NCBI RefSeq assembly: GCF_003334385.1
Contig: NZ_QOWN01000193.1
Reading direction: 5' to 3' (one strand)
From: Escherichia coli
Lineage (GTDB): Bacteria > Pseudomonadota > Gammaproteobacteria > Enterobacterales > Enterobacteriaceae
Length of the DNA: 356 nucleotides
Position 1 is the stretch's first letter. Each line of letters begins with the position of its first letter. The notes beneath the pieces are model-generated. The model was not told where the DNA came from, did no database searches, and saw only the letters and a program-made list of their open reading frames with translations. The position numbers and the translations under genes were made by a program. Below, piece after piece: positions 1-356 of this stretch.

Positions 1-356
1 GGTGAAGGTGATGCATATATTCCGCCTCATACAGGTCTGCCAGCAAACAGTACCGATATTGCACCACCAGATATTCCTGCTGGCTTTGTGGCCGTTTTCA
101 ACAGTGATGAGTCATCGTGGCATCTCGTTGAAGATCATCGGGGTAAAACGGTTTATGACGTGGCTTCCGGCGACGCGTTATTTATTTTTGAACTCGGTCC
201 GTTACCGGAAAATGTTACCTGGTTATCCCCGGAAGGGGGGGTTCAGAAGTGGAGCGGCACAGCCTGGGTGAAGGATACGGAAGCAGAAAAACTGTTCCGG
301 ATCCGGGAGGCGGAAGAAACAAAAAACAGCCTGATGCAGGTAGCCAGTGAGCATAT
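1..356 (+). CDS. tfa: Phage tail fibre assembly protein (Tfa family), internal fragment, partial at both 5' and 3' ends; reading frame begins at position 1
   Basis: Frame 1 is open across the whole window: 118 sense codons with no TAA/TAG/TGA, last 2 nt incomplete. Translation: [118 protein letters not shown]. From memory this closely resembles the N-terminal and central part of E. coli prophage tail fibre assembly proteins (TfaE/TfaQ/TfaR-like, lambda Tfa family), including the motifs [37 protein letters not shown] and [18 protein letters not shown]. The specific paralogue cannot be assigned. No start or stop codon of the gene lies in the window; the in-frame ATG at 334-336 is an internal Met. 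The ORF track did not report this frame, presumably because it has no stop in the window. Confidence 0.85.

Noticed and set aside
178-190. T-rich run (ttatttatttttg) that superficially resembles a terminator U-tract
   Set aside because: There is no GC-rich stem-loop immediately upstream (only the 6-bp MluI palindrome ACGCGT at 173-178), and it lies inside the open reading frame, encoding L-F-I-F-E. It is not a credible intrinsic terminator.
195-234. Short local repeats (GTTACC at 201-206 and 214-219; CCGGAA at 205-210 and 229-234) and a weak 4-bp stem (CGGT at 195-198 with ACCG at 204-207)
   Set aside because: The repeats are 6 bp and the stem only 4 bp. They fall within the reading frame and are consistent with local codon and amino-acid repetition (PLPE and LSPE) rather than a structured RNA or a binding-site array.
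2-271. 89-aa ORF from the supplied track (frame 2, GTG start) as a candidate gene
   Set aside because: It is wholly embedded in the +1 frame of a recognisable Tfa-family CDS, starts at the window edge with no room for an RBS, and its product looks like off-frame translation. There is no positive evidence it is a real overlapping gene.
1-274. 8-bp direct repeat GGTGAAGG at 1-8 and 267-274
   Set aside because: About one matching 8-mer pair is expected by chance in a 356-bp window. There is no extended similarity around either copy, so it is not evidence of a repeat element or target-site duplication.
297-306. Perfect 10-bp palindrome CCGGATCCGG (contains a BamHI site GGATCC flanked by CCGG sites)
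   Set aside because: It is short and has no spacer, so it cannot form a meaningful hairpin, and it sits mid-CDS encoding ...FRIRE... Palindromes of this size occur by chance in coding sequence, and nothing supports an operator or recombinase site.
318-328. A-rich stretch (aaacaaaaaac)
   Set aside because: It encodes the E-E-T-K-N segment of a charged helix-like region of the protein ([14 protein letters not shown]). This is compositional, not a regulatory signal.

Overview
The whole 356-bp window lies inside a single protein-coding gene on the + strand, read in frame 1 (codons start at position 1) and truncated at both ends. The 118-codon translation ([118 protein letters not shown]) matches, from memory, the tail-fibre assembly (Tfa) chaperones of enterobacterial lambdoid prophages. 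The supplied ORF at 2..271 is in the +1 frame relative to this and is most likely an overlap artefact. I see no RNA genes, CRISPR repeats, mobile-element termini or convincing regulatory sites. There is no sequence-level evidence here for a novel system: the window is an internal fragment of a known phage tail-module gene. The only points worth a second look are a G7 homopolymer inside the CDS and the likely prophage context of the flanks.
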